A stretch of DNA of 64,000 bases from an uncultured cyanobacterium (GTDB taxonomy: Bacteria > Cyanobacteriota > Cyanobacteriia > Cyanobacteriales > Nostocaceae). How positions within the stretch are numbered: the stretch's first letter is position 1; each line of letters begins with the position of its first letter. Made by a program: the position numbers and the translations under genes. Shown piece by piece: positions 41,301 through 50,682 of the stretch. Location of the stretch: assembly GCA_963740315.1 (NCBI GenBank), contig CAVUDP010000002.1, positions 3,200,001 to 3,264,000 of the forward strand, given 5' to 3'. The notes beneath the pieces are model-generated. The model saw nothing but the letters and a program-made list of their open reading frames with translations. It was not told the origin of the DNA and searched no databases.

Positions 41301-43852
41301 AAAGTCAGACTTCCAAGTTGATTGGAATTTTCAAAATTTCCGTTTAAATACTCTACTTCTGCTGCTTCAATATGTAAATTTAATGTCAAATTGTAATTAT
41401 TTTGCCAACTATCTATAGTTAAAATGTTTAAACCTATATCCAAATATCTCACAGCAGTTTCATAAGCTGTTGCTAATTTAGCTTTTTTCCCAGCCATCAG
41501 ATTAAGTTCTGCTAGCTCATGTTTTTCAACTGGTTCTGCAAGTAAATCTACACCAATGTTTAATTGATTAACAATATCCAAGATATTTTCTGAGAGTAAT
41601 TCAGATGGCGTTTGCTTTAGTAGTAGCTGACCTATTTTTAAATGAGTTGCTTGTTTTTCTGTTTCAGGAATAAATGAATATGCTGCTTGTTGTACCCGGT
41701 CGTGTAAAAATTTATATCCAACTTCAGTAATACAGGATTTTAAAACTTCTATTCGAGATTCCAAAGAATTTATGTCCAAATTCTCTACATCTTCATCAAA
41801 TACTAAAGGAATCTTGTAAGATTGATTCAAGGGTAAAATCAATCCAGCTTGCAATGCTGCATCTAATTGCTTCGCAGTATTTACCAAAGATTTTTGATTC
41901 ACAATTGACAGCACATCAAGTGTAAATTTATCTCCGATACAAGCAGCTAGTTGTAGCACTTGCTGTGTAGTTTCTGGTAACTTTTCAATCCGATTAGCAA
42001 CTAACTCTACTACACTTTTATCGGTAATGCCTATAGCTTGAATTTCTTCAATATCCCACTTCCACATCCCTAGATTTTTCTCTTTATCCATTAGGGAAGA
42101 GAAAGGAGTAAAATCGAATTTTAAAAAGTTTTCTTGGTAAAGTATTTGCAGTAATTGAGTGATAAAAAAGGGATTGCTACCAGTTTTATTACAAATTAAT
42201 TCCGCTAACTTATTAACTCTTTCTGTGTTATCGTTTAGAGTTTCTGCTACCAACTGATTTACATCTGCAATCTCAAGTGGTTGTAAAACAATGTTATTAA
42301 CAATCGCCTTATTTCTCTCTATTTCTTCTAAAGTTTGAATTAAAGGATGGGTCGGATTAACTTCATTGTCGCGGTAAGCCCCAATCAACAGAAAATAGTT
42401 TGTGTCGGATTCAGCAGTCAATATTTGCATTAACTTTAATGTCGCAGAATCCGCCCATTGCAAATCATCAAGAAAGATAATTAACGGATGTTCTTTTTGA
42501 GCAAAGACATTAATAAATCCAGTAAAAAGGCGATTAAAACGGTTTTGTGCTTCTGTTCCACCCAGTTCAGGTACTTCTGATTGTTTACCGATGATCAGTT
42601 CCACTTCTGGAATCACATCAATAATTACTTGTCCGTTTGCACCAACAGCAGTTAAAATTTTGCTGCGCCATTGTTTAAGCTGAGCGTTACTTTCTGTAAG
42701 TAGCTGTTGCATCAAGCTACTTAAAGCCTGAATTAATGAAGCGTAAGGAATATTGCGCTTGAATTGGTCAAATTTACCACTGATAAAATAACCGCGCTTT
42801 TGGGTAATGGGTTTATTAACTTCATAAACTACGGATGATTTACCAATGCCCGAATAGCCAGAAACTAGTATCAGTTCGCGGCTTCCTTTACTGACTCTCT
42901 CGAAAGCATCTAGAAGTTGATTAACTTGAATCTCTCTACCGTAAAGCTTTTGAGGAATAAGTAACTGACTCAAGACATCCAAGCGTCCTGGTTGAAACTC
43001 GACAATTGTTCCCGTCATTTCTAACTGTTCGTGACACAGTTCTAAATCGGCTAAAAGTCCTTTAGCTGTTTGATAGCGATCTTCAGCGTTTTTCGCCATC
43101 AGCTTTTCTACCACATTGGCGATCGCGTTAGGAACTTCTGGATTTAATTCTTGAATTGCAACGGGTTGCTTGGCAATATGAGAGTGAATTAACTCTAAAG
43201 GGTCGCTGCTACTTTGAAAAGGTAATCGCCCGGTAAGCATTTCATAGAAAGTTACACCTAATGAATAAAAATCGGTGCGATAGTCAAGGGAACGATTCAT
43301 TCTCCCAGTTTGTTCTGGGGACATATATGTCAATGTCCCTTCAAGTTGATTGGGGTTAGTTAGTTGCAGTTTTTCATTACTGAGTCTTGAAGCGATACTA
43401 AAGTCAGTAAGGTTAACTTGTCCTGTTTTAGGATTAATAACGATGTTATCGGCTTTGATATCTTTGTGAATAATATTGTGTGAATGCAGCGATACCAAAC
43501 CTTTTGCCAACTGCACTGCAATGTTTAAAAATTCCAACAATTCTAATTTTCGATTAGAAATTACTTGCTTAAGAGACTGTCCGCCAAAATCTTCTAATAC
43601 TAGTACCAAACGATTTTGCTTTGTTTCAAGCCTTAATATCTTGACGGTACCTTCTAGATCGAGATTTTCAGTAATTTTATATTCGTGCTTGAGTCGAGTA
43701 ATCGCATCTAAACTAGGATAGTCTTCCTTAAGGATTTTAAGAATGACTTTTTGCTGGTTTAGATGCGATGTACCCCGATAAATAATGGTGTTGATTCCCT
43801 CGTAAATGACTTCGGTGATGTCATAGCCAGGAACCAAGGTAGATGTGAGCAT
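38381..43852 (-). CDS. Multidomain Ser/Thr kinase - AAA ATPase - GAF - histidine kinase (HstK-type)
   Basis: HKDIK, YMSPEQTGR, GYSGIGKS, FLDDLQW, GAF (YLENN), AHEVNNP, NLLANA, GTGLGL. Confidence 0.93.
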   Translation of the reverse strand: MLTSTLVPGYDITEVIYEGINTIIYRGTSHLNQQKVILKILKEDYPSLDAITRLKHEYKITENLDLEGTVKILRLETKQNRLVLVLEDFGGQSLKQVISNRKLELLEFLNIAVQLAKGLVSLHSHNIIHKDIKADNIVINPKTGQVNLTDFSIASRLSNEKLQLTNPNQLEGTLTYMSPEQTGRMNRSLDYRTDFYSLGVTFYEMLTGRLPFQSSSDPLELIHSHIAKQPVAIQELNPEVPNAIANVVEKLMAKNAEDRYQTAKGLLADLELCHEQLEMTGTIVEFQPGRLDVLSQLLIPQKLYGREIQVNQLLDAFERVSKGSRELILVSGYSGIGKSSVVYEVNKPITQKRGYFISGKFDQFKRNIPYASLIQALSSLMQQLLTESNAQLKQWRSKILTAVGANGQVIIDVIPEVELIIGKQSEVPELGGTEAQNRFNRLFTGFINVFAQKEHPLIIFLDDLQWADSATLKLMQILTAESDTNYFLLIGAYRDNEVNPTHPLIQTLEEIERNKAIVNNIVLQPLEIADVNQLVAETLNDNTERVNKLAELICNKTGSNPFFITQLLQILYQENFLKFDFTPFSSLMDKEKNLGMWKWDIEEIQAIGITDKSVVELVANRIEKLPETTQQVLQLAACIGDKFTLDVLSIVNQKSLVNTAKQLDAALQAGLILPLNQSYKIPLVFDEDVENLDINSLESRIEVLKSCITEVGYKFLHDRVQQAAYSFIPETEKQATHLKIGQLLLKQTPSELLSENILDIVNQLNIGVDLLAEPVEKHELAELNLMAGKKAKLATAYETAVRYLDIGLNILTIDSWQNNYNLTLNLHIEAAEVEYLNGNFENSNQLGSLTLRYANTILDKVKVYEIKIQSCILQNHLQEALEVGVQVLKLLNVQLPVQPNVKHLMVAVAQTKLTLLGKRIEDLVYLPRMTDPYKLAAMRLLMLLAPASSQAGSLHFALAILAMVRLSVKYGNSEAATYGYSLYGAIICDKFGEVEAGYRFGRLGLSLLNKIDAISLKTKVIFVFNAMIRHYKEIVKDTIVPMQHGMQNGLETGDIEYSGYSAWSLSYHLFCSTVNLELIDQKIDNYATLMHHTKLESVAYSISSIRQLILNFQTSSETNNIWKSETFDEADMIAGLGNNSSWLSTFYFTKNILNYYFNNYTQAIENARLTEQYQESNPGFYLYCVNNFYYSLALLANYKNVTSTEQKQYLKKVAANQKKMKKWAHHAACNFQHKYDLVEAEKARIFGQNVKAMNLYDRAIAGAKENEYTQEEALGNELAAQFYLVLGKDKIAKTYMTDAYYGYIRWGALAKVKNLEERYPNLIIRSETITLQQDITGTIVSSSSRALNSSTNSNSILDLTTVMKVSEAITSEIVLDNLLDKLLSIILENAAAQKGCLILLKDDRLFIEAIDNDQHNDLVVLQSTPVEESQHIPLSLINYVARTQQPLVLNDATQEAIYKEDSYILREQPKSILCAPIFYQGKFTGIIYLENNQVTGAFTNSRLEILKLLTSQAAIAIENARLYSREQDKSQKLQESLETLQQTQAQLVQTEKISSLGQLVAGVAHEVNNPVGFIAGNLSIANQYIEDLLQLLNLYQANVPSPPEEIETFQEEIDLNYLLEDLPKMIASMELGTERIRDIMQSLRNFSRTDSADKKPVNVHEGIETTLMILQHRLKANSQRPTVEIIKKYEELPPLKCYSGQLNQAFMNLLANAIDALDESNEGKTYAEIEKNPNVITIRTSADAEKVTIRIADNGPGMPEEVISKLFNAFFTTKPEGKGTGLGLSISHQIVTETHGGNLYCLSFPGNGAEFVIELPLEEDTEQ

Positions 43853-44013
43853 TACACAATCCTTCCTAGAAGAGTATAAATGTGTTTGTATATCTAGGGT
43901 TCCCCAATATTCTCTTTTTTAAACACCGATAGAGGGAAATTCGCTGAAAATTTAAAATGTACTGTCAATTAGAGCAAAATATTTATACCTAGTCTTTATA
44001 TTAAATTTTTTCA

Positions 44014-44044
44014 GAAAAATGACCTACGGTTGAAAACCGTAGGC
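44014..44044 (-). terminator. Probable terminator downstream of the halogenase
   Basis: On the minus strand CCTACGGTT-TTC-AACCGTAGG followed by TCATTTTT. Confidence 0.55.
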
Positions 44045-44106
44045 TTATAGTACAAGCTTCCATATGTTGAGGCTTACAAAAAATAAACGATTTTAAAACT
44101 GCTTAC

Positions 44107-45720
44107 TTATCCAGATACCAGTTGATTAAATGAAGTATTAGCAGTAAGCTCAAGTCTATTATGCAAACTCTTTATATATTCGTAATGCGAAGGTAATTCA
44201 TTCAATAGCTTTTCTGTACTATATTTAATCAACTCAAAAGCTACTTCTGCTTTTTCTAAAGACTCTTTCTTATGTTCTAAAACGGGCAGTGAAGAATCAG
44301 GCAAGATATTCATTCCTGTTAAAATTGCTATATAATTACTATTTGTCCAGAAACGGTTAAAACCAGCTTCAAATACTTTATTGTAAGAGCTATCACTTGT
44401 GTAAGGCATATTTATAGGTGCGCCAGCGCGATATACCTCTAATAATTGTTGCAAAGAATCAGGAATCACTAAATCAAATTTGTTTGCTTTCCAAAAGGGT
44501 GTATCTTCCCTAAATGTCATGCAATAATGCATCACAATAAAATCCCTAATATCGTCAAACATATAGGCGATTCTTTCGTTATATTTATCTCTCAAAGCTG
44601 GATTCATGCTTTGATCGGGAAAATACTTTACTAAATAATGTAAAGCGGAATAAATGCTATAAATTCCTGTTGCTTCGAGTGGTTCTATAAACCCACTAGA
44701 TAATCCCAAACTTATACAGTTTTTCACCCAAGCTCGCCGCGTTCTTCCTACCCTCATTTTTAGATGTTTTGCTGGGATATTGCTTGCATCCGCTCCAAGA
44801 AGTTGCCTTAACTCTTCTTCTGCATCTTCAGCAGTTTTAAAATTCTGCGAATAAACGTAACCTGCACCTAAACGACCCCATACAGGAACTTGCCATACCC
44901 AACCGGAACTTAAAGCGGTTGCTGTTGTATAGACTTCTAATTTTTGGTCGTTATCATTTCTGGGGATGCGTATAGTAACAGCACTATCACATAAAAGACT
45001 ATCTGAGTAAGATACAAAAGGTTCTTTTAATGCTTTATTAATTAAAATTCCTCTAAAACCGGAACAATCTAGATACAAATCTGCTTTATAATTACAACCT
45101 TTTTCAGTTATTAAAGATTTGATATCACCAGAAGAATCTAAAATTACATCGACAACCTTATCTATAATCCGTGTAACTCCTCTTTTAGTTGCCCAATTTT
45201 TTAAGAATTCACCAACTAGTCCCGCATCAAAATGATAGGAATAATTAACAGCAGTTCTTCCGTCAGAGTATTTAGGAGATTTATAAGTATCAGACAAAGC
45301 TGGACTTGGATAACACGCATAAGACATTGGAAGTTCAAAACCACCAAAGCGTTTTTTGATCCAATAGTGAGTTAAAGGAATTCCATCCAATACCTGCGAT
45401 TCACCAAAAACATGATAGAAACTGTCTTTATCAGTCTTCGTAGATGGATAGCTCCAATTTACAAATTTTACGCCCATTTTGTAAGTTGCTTTGCATTGTG
45501 GCATCCACTCTTCTTCTGGGATTTCTAAAAAATCAAAAAGTTCAGGTTTAATATTAGGTACAGTACCTTCACCCACTCCCAAAGTTCCTATTGCATCGGA
45601 TTCAATTAAAGTGATATTTACATTGCCTTGTAACGCTTTTGTTAAATAAGCGGCAGCTATCCATCCTGTTGAACCGCCACCAACAATAATAATATTTTTT
45701 ATTTTAACGTCTTCCTTCAT
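44107..45720 (-). CDS. Flavin-dependent tryptophan halogenase (PrnA/RebH clade)
   Basis: GGGSTG FAD motif, catalytic Lys in ATYKMG, HFDA, WVWQVP (WxWxIP-like), FIEPLEATG, Trp-binding loop ...FNRFWTNSNY; colinear with PrnA as recalled. Confidence 0.92.
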   Translation of the reverse strand: MKEDVKIKNIIIVGGGSTGWIAAAYLTKALQGNVNITLIESDAIGTLGVGEGTVPNIKPELFDFLEIPEEEWMPQCKATYKMGVKFVNWSYPSTKTDKDSFYHVFGESQVLDGIPLTHYWIKKRFGGFELPMSYACYPSPALSDTYKSPKYSDGRTAVNYSYHFDAGLVGEFLKNWATKRGVTRIIDKVVDVILDSSGDIKSLITEKGCNYKADLYLDCSGFRGILINKALKEPFVSYSDSLLCDSAVTIRIPRNDNDQKLEVYTTATALSSGWVWQVPVWGRLGAGYVYSQNFKTAEDAEEELRQLLGADASNIPAKHLKMRVGRTRRAWVKNCISLGLSSGFIEPLEATGIYSIYSALHYLVKYFPDQSMNPALRDKYNERIAYMFDDIRDFIVMHYCMTFREDTPFWKANKFDLVIPDSLQQLLEVYRAGAPINMPYTSDSSYNKVFEAGFNRFWTNSNYIAILTGMNILPDSSLPVLEHKKESLEKAEVAFELIKYSTEKLLNELPSHYEYIKSLHNRLELTANTSFNQLVSG

Positions 45721-45800
45721 AATTTATGATACTTATGTTTAATATTTGCACAATAATCTGTTTTTTTTTCCAATTAAAAATCAACCAATGCTTTATTTAA

Positions 45801-46574
45801 CTATTTAGATACTAATAGCTGGTGAGAGGAACATTTTTTTATAAATGGTTGCTCTATAGTTCTCTGATTGGCATATATCATCATTTGATTTAATAAATCT
45901 GTAAAACTTTCAAAAATTTTATCAACTAATTCAAAAGCTTGTGTTCGTTGATCTGTTGTTAATAAAATTGTTTGTAAGTACATAAATTGTTCGACATTAT
46001 TAGTTTCTCCATAAAGATGACCCATTTCCACATCAAGATGACTTTTGCTGAAATAACGATATTTTTGGTGAGTGATTTCTTGAAGTTCTTTACCTACTTC
46101 TGCAAATATAGAAAAACCTATATTTCCAGTAGCTTCTACGGACTCAAGAGCTGCTAGTTTTAACATTGGATCTTTGTGGAAAGCAGATATAACTAGTTCG
46201 TAAGTTACATAACGTGCCGCTTGAGTTTCCTTACTCCAAAGAAACTTTAAAACATCAGTAAAACTTACAAAAGGGTTGAATCCCATTTTTTCTAAATCTT
46301 CTAAAAACCAAATCCAATGATGATCGTCTTCATAAGTATGTTGGTTTATTAAATTTTGAACTTTTTGATTTGGTAGCTCAATCTGCGGATTAATAAGCTC
46401 TTTCCGCAAGATATATTTATTTAGTTCTCCAAAAGTCATTACTAAAGGAGCGATACAAGGTACCCAAATTAATCTTTGCCTTGGATCTATACTCTTATCT
46501 TGTAAAAACTCAAAAAACGGTAATTTCGCAAACTCTTGCTTTTTCTGTTCAATCAGTTCTAAAACTTCTTTCAT
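45801..46574 (-). CDS. AetD-like heme-oxygenase-like diiron oxidase (putative nitrile synthase)
   Basis: N-terminus MKEVLELIEQKKQEFAKLPFFEF, HTYEDDHHW.WFLEDL, LESVEATG and SHLDVEMGH match the AetD layout and its His/Glu iron ligands as recalled. Confidence 0.8.
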   Translation of the reverse strand: MKEVLELIEQKKQEFAKLPFFEFLQDKSIDPRQRLIWVPCIAPLVMTFGELNKYILRKELINPQIELPNQKVQNLINQHTYEDDHHWIWFLEDLEKMGFNPFVSFTDVLKFLWSKETQAARYVTYELVISAFHKDPMLKLAALESVEATGNIGFSIFAEVGKELQEITHQKYRYFSKSHLDVEMGHLYGETNNVEQFMYLQTILLTTDQRTQAFELVDKIFESFTDLLNQMMIYANQRTIEQPFIKKCSSHQLLVSK

Positions 46575-47077
46575 TTTAATTCTCTAAGGTCAAGGTACAA
46601 TCTTCTTTGATTAAAGATGGTATTTGCACTAATCCCTGACACTATCTTTCAATAACCTAAACGTTCACCGAATAAAAATGCGAACATTAAATTATTAAAA
46701 AACTACACAATGAGAACTTTAAAAACAATTGAGCTTAACATCAACTAACTTTTTCTAAATTACTGCGTCAAACAGCATTTAGTTTTGGTAGCCTTGTTTA
46801 AGCTCTCTAACTAATATTTAGTTTGACAGAAGAATTTTGAAATGGGTAGGGGTTTAGAGTAATCTTTATCGAAAGAAAAATAATTAGAATAAATACGGAT
46901 AACTTAACCAGCTATAAACTTAAATATCTGTTTTTTGTTTATATATATTTCAGAGAATATACTGAACTTTATCTATTATTCTTCTGAAAATGATTAATCT
47001 TTGAATTAACTGTTATCAATTGCGTAGATAAATCCCGCACCTGATTTTGAATTAAGGTGTGTTTTCAAACGGTTGAA

Positions 47078-47293
47078 GCCCTCACCCGCTTATGGGTGGG
47101 GAACCACCATTGCAAAGCCCATCTGCATGGGATAATAAGTAGTCGTGCAAAATTAATTTTACATTCTGAAAGCTTCAAGTTATTGGGATTGCTTCGTTCC
47201 TCGCAATGACAAATATACAATTAATTTTGTCTAAGTACTTAGCCCGCGCAGGCGGGCTTTGTTTGTGTAGCCGCACCCATAAGCGGGTGACGG
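47078..47293. mobile_element. Nested small elements: a TAAGTAG..AATTAA-type MITE inside an inverted-repeat element
   Basis: Outer IR TCACCCGCTTATGGGTG / CACCCATAAGCGGGTGA; inner TIRs TAAGTAGTCGTGCAAAATTAAT (47136) / ATTAATTTTGTCTAAGTACTTA (47241). Confidence 0.6.
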
Positions 47294-47308
47294 CGATTGT
47301 GACGGCGA

Positions 47309-48724
47309 CTACTTCACAGCCACATCTTTTTCTTTCTTCTCTTCTTCTTCGGGTAAACCCAACATCGAACCATACAAACTCACATACTTCTTAGCGGAAA
47401 GATTCCAACTGAAGTTCTGACTCATACCCCGTTGCTGCAATTCCTGCCATTGCGGTTTGAAGCGGAAACCTTCCCAAGCTCGCACCATACAAGTATATAA
47501 ATCCAATGCTTCGTAGCGATCGAAACAATAACCCGTACCTGCTTTATTTGTGGGATCGTTATGCGATACTGTATCTACCAATCCCCCAGTACGGCGGACA
47601 ATCGGTACACAACCGTAGCGCATTGCTAGCATTTGACTGATACCGCAGGGTTCAAAACGACTGGGCATTAAGAATGCATCGCTACCGGCGTAAATGCGAC
47701 GAGCCAAAGCATCGTTATAAAGTATATAGCTTGCCATGCGTCCGGGAAAACGAGATGCCATTTGCCATAGTTGGGTTTCGTAATTGCGATCGCCCGTTCC
47801 CAAAACTATAAGCTGAGCATCTGTATAGGATAAAAATTTATCGAGAACCTGCAACATTAAATCAATGCCTTTCTGTTCCACCAAACGGGATACCATCCCA
47901 ACTAAAAAGGCATTTTTATTAACTTCTAATCCCAATTCTTCCTGCAACGCGATTTTATTCGGCTTGCGTTTTTCTAAACTATCACTACTGAATTTCTCTT
48001 CAATATATTTATCTGTTTCGGGATCGTAAACTTCGGTATCTATACCATTGACAATACCCGATAATTTACCGCTAATAAATGACAGCAATCCCTCTAAAGT
48101 TTCGCCATAATCAGCCGTCTTGATTTGCTCGGCATAAGTTGGAGAAACAGTAGTTACTTTATCGGCAAACTGTACCGCAGCCGCCATCGTATTGTGTCCT
48201 TGCATATACCACGGACACCAGGTAATTTTCTCTAAATACCAGCGCCAAGGACCTTGATAAGCTAAGTTGTGAATCGTAAATACGGTACTAATATCGGGAG
48301 TTTGACTCAGCCACACCGGAAGCATCCCCGTGTGCCAATCGTGACAGTGAACTATTTCGGGTTTCCAATAATTCCAACAAAATTCGGCAGCACCATTAGC
48401 AAAGAAAGTAAAGCGCCAATCTTCATCATCACCACCATAAACTTTGCGCGGGTCAAAAGCCGGATGTCCAAATAAATACAAAGGAACATCAGTAGTAGGA
48501 AGCACCGATTCGTAAACCGCAAAATCATTGAACATGGCAGATCCCTTCCAAACTGGTTCGTCAGGAATTTCCATCTTGTCCGGCAGAAAACCATAATAAG
48601 GCATGAAAATCCGTACATCATGCCCCATTTTCCGCAATATCTTCGGTAATGCACCCACAACATCACCCATTCCGCCGACTTTCGCCACCGGAGCCGCTTC
48701 CGCTGCCACAAATAGAATCCGCAT
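47309..48724 (-). CDS. glgA: Glycogen synthase
   Basis: [39 protein letters not shown]. Confidence 0.97.
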   Translation of the reverse strand: MRILFVAAEAAPVAKVGGMGDVVGALPKILRKMGHDVRIFMPYYGFLPDKMEIPDEPVWKGSAMFNDFAVYESVLPTTDVPLYLFGHPAFDPRKVYGGDDEDWRFTFFANGAAEFCWNYWKPEIVHCHDWHTGMLPVWLSQTPDISTVFTIHNLAYQGPWRWYLEKITWCPWYMQGHNTMAAAVQFADKVTTVSPTYAEQIKTADYGETLEGLLSFISGKLSGIVNGIDTEVYDPETDKYIEEKFSSDSLEKRKPNKIALQEELGLEVNKNAFLVGMVSRLVEQKGIDLMLQVLDKFLSYTDAQLIVLGTGDRNYETQLWQMASRFPGRMASYILYNDALARRIYAGSDAFLMPSRFEPCGISQMLAMRYGCVPIVRRTGGLVDTVSHNDPTNKAGTGYCFDRYEALDLYTCMVRAWEGFRFKPQWQELQQRGMSQNFSWNLSAKKYVSLYGSMLGLPEEEEKKEKDVAVK

Positions 48725-48854
48725 TTCAGTTATCAGTTATCGGTTGTCAGTTATAAGTTATCAGCAATCAGTGACCAGTTGACAGTTAGCAGTTATCAGT
48801 GAGCAGTATTCATGTTGTAGGTGTGATTTATCAGTTAAGAGTAAAAATATTAGA

Positions 48855-49060
48855 GTAGGGTGTGTTGTCGCTGAGCGCAACGCACCATAAAATTAGTATT
48901 GAAACGGTGCGTTAGGGGCTAAACAAATATATTTCGTCACAATCGCAAATTATCGATCGCGCCATAACACACCCTACAATTAATTACTGGTCACTGGTCA
49001 CTGTTTCTTACCCGCGTTGATGAGTAGTTATAAAACGGTGCGTTAGGCTACAGCCTACAA
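48855..49060. repeat. Cluster of GTAGGGTG...CACCCTAC-type REPs amid heptamer tracts
   Basis: GTAGGGTGTGTTG..AACGCACC, GGTGCGTTAG, AACACACCCTAC; same family as positions 1-18. Confidence 0.65.
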
Positions 49061-49093
49061 CTGCTCACTGCTAACTGTTCACTGTTCACTGAA

Positions 49094-50062
49094 TTACCCG
49101 CGTCCAACAGTAGCGAAAATCTCCTCTAAGATTTCCTGCGCTCCTTGTTCGCGCAAACGCTGCGCTAATAGGGTTCCCAATTTCTCAGGCTCGGATCTCG
49201 AACCAGATACGGTGTCTTGAACGCGCTTTGTACCATCGATGCTGGCGACTATTCCTGTCATCGTCAATTCGTCACCATTGATTTCGGTATTTACTCCGAT
49301 GGGTACTTGACAACCACCTTCTAATTCGCGTAGAAAAGCTCTCTCTGCAAGACAGCGATCGCGAGTTTGGGGATGTTCGAGTTCTTTGAGCAAGGATATC
49401 AATTCTTTGTTATCGGAAAGGCATTCGATGCCCAATGCACCTTGCCCAACTGCGTGAAGGGAAATATGTGAGGGAATAACTTGATGAATGCGCTCTGGCA
49501 TTCCTAAACGTTCCAATCCGGCTGCTGCCAAGATTAAAGCGTCGTATTCTCCGGAGTCAAGCTTGGCTAATCGCGTGTTTAAATTACCGCGTACATCTTT
49601 AAACTCGAAGTGAGGAAAATGATGCCGCAATTGCGCCAAACGTCGTAAAGAAGATGTACCGATAACCGCTCCTTCAGGTAAGGTATCGATTTGTTTATCT
49701 TTGTGCTTTTCATGCACAACCAAAGCATCTGCCGGGTTTTCTCGCTCGGTAATCGTCGCTAAACCCAATCCGGATGGTAAACGAGTAGGTAAATCCTTCA
49801 GAGAATGAACTGCAAAGTCAATCTCCCGATTCATCATTCCCGTTTCCAATTCTTTGGTGAAAAGTGCTTTGTCACCAATCTTCGCTAATGCCACATCCAA
49901 TATTTTGTCACCCTTGGTGGACATGGTGTGAACTTCAAACTTGATATTAGGAAACTTGAGCGAAAGTTGTTCCTGTACCCAGTTCGTTTGGATGAGAGCG
50001 AGCTGGCTTTTACGAGAACCGATGCGAATAGTTGTGATAGAACTCGAAACAACTGATGTCAT
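49094..50062 (-). CDS. hemC: Hydroxymethylbilane synthase
   Basis: [42 protein letters not shown]. Confidence 0.97.
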   Translation of the reverse strand: MTSVVSSSITTIRIGSRKSQLALIQTNWVQEQLSLKFPNIKFEVHTMSTKGDKILDVALAKIGDKALFTKELETGMMNREIDFAVHSLKDLPTRLPSGLGLATITERENPADALVVHEKHKDKQIDTLPEGAVIGTSSLRRLAQLRHHFPHFEFKDVRGNLNTRLAKLDSGEYDALILAAAGLERLGMPERIHQVIPSHISLHAVGQGALGIECLSDNKELISLLKELEHPQTRDRCLAERAFLRELEGGCQVPIGVNTEINGDELTMTGIVASIDGTKRVQDTVSGSRSEPEKLGTLLAQRLREQGAQEILEEIFATVGRG

Positions 50063-50682
50063 AAACCAATTTGTAAAATCAGGAGATATATTCCTTATAT
50101 AGACTACCGCAGTCAGGGACTCGAAAACTTAATTTGTACTATTTAGGTCAAGTAAATTTAGGCGTTTCTTTACATTACTTAACGAACTTTTGTTAAATAT
50201 TTCGCAGTAAAATGTAGGCACGCTACAAACTGCATCTCAAAAGCAAATTATTCTCTTAATTTCTGGTAAAATTGAGGGAAAAATAAATCGCGAAATTATA
50301 AAGAATAATTAATTTTTTGCGGCTGATATTTTGCTTTTTGATTCACAGCGATTAAATCAAAATTTACATCTATTTTTAAAAATTAACTGGCGGATTTCAA
50401 CCAGGCTAATAAGATGCGGTTCCTCGTTCCCAGCTTCCCGATTAGGAATGCATTTCCGCCTTGCTCTGCTTTAAGCCACCTAACTTCTGATGGGTTCCCA
50501 GTAAGAAGGCTCCGAACCAGTCAACTGGTGACACGGGAGGTGAGAGTCACCGACGGACTTAAATTAAAAAAAAATAAACCCCACCCTAGAAAGAAGAAAT
50601 CATGATTGTAAAAGGATATTAGTAATTTGGTACAACAACTATTACACAAAAATGTCAGTTGAGAATTTAGGAGTTAATCACA

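Noticed and set aside
44107..46574. Complete pyrrolnitrin or aetokthonotoxin cluster
   Set aside because: prnB/C/D and aetA/B/C/E/F equivalents are absent from the window.
50414..50605. 63-aa ORF upstream of the metallophosphoesterase
   Set aside because: It overlaps a degenerate CTCGTTCCCAG-type dispersed repeat and has no coding hallmarks.
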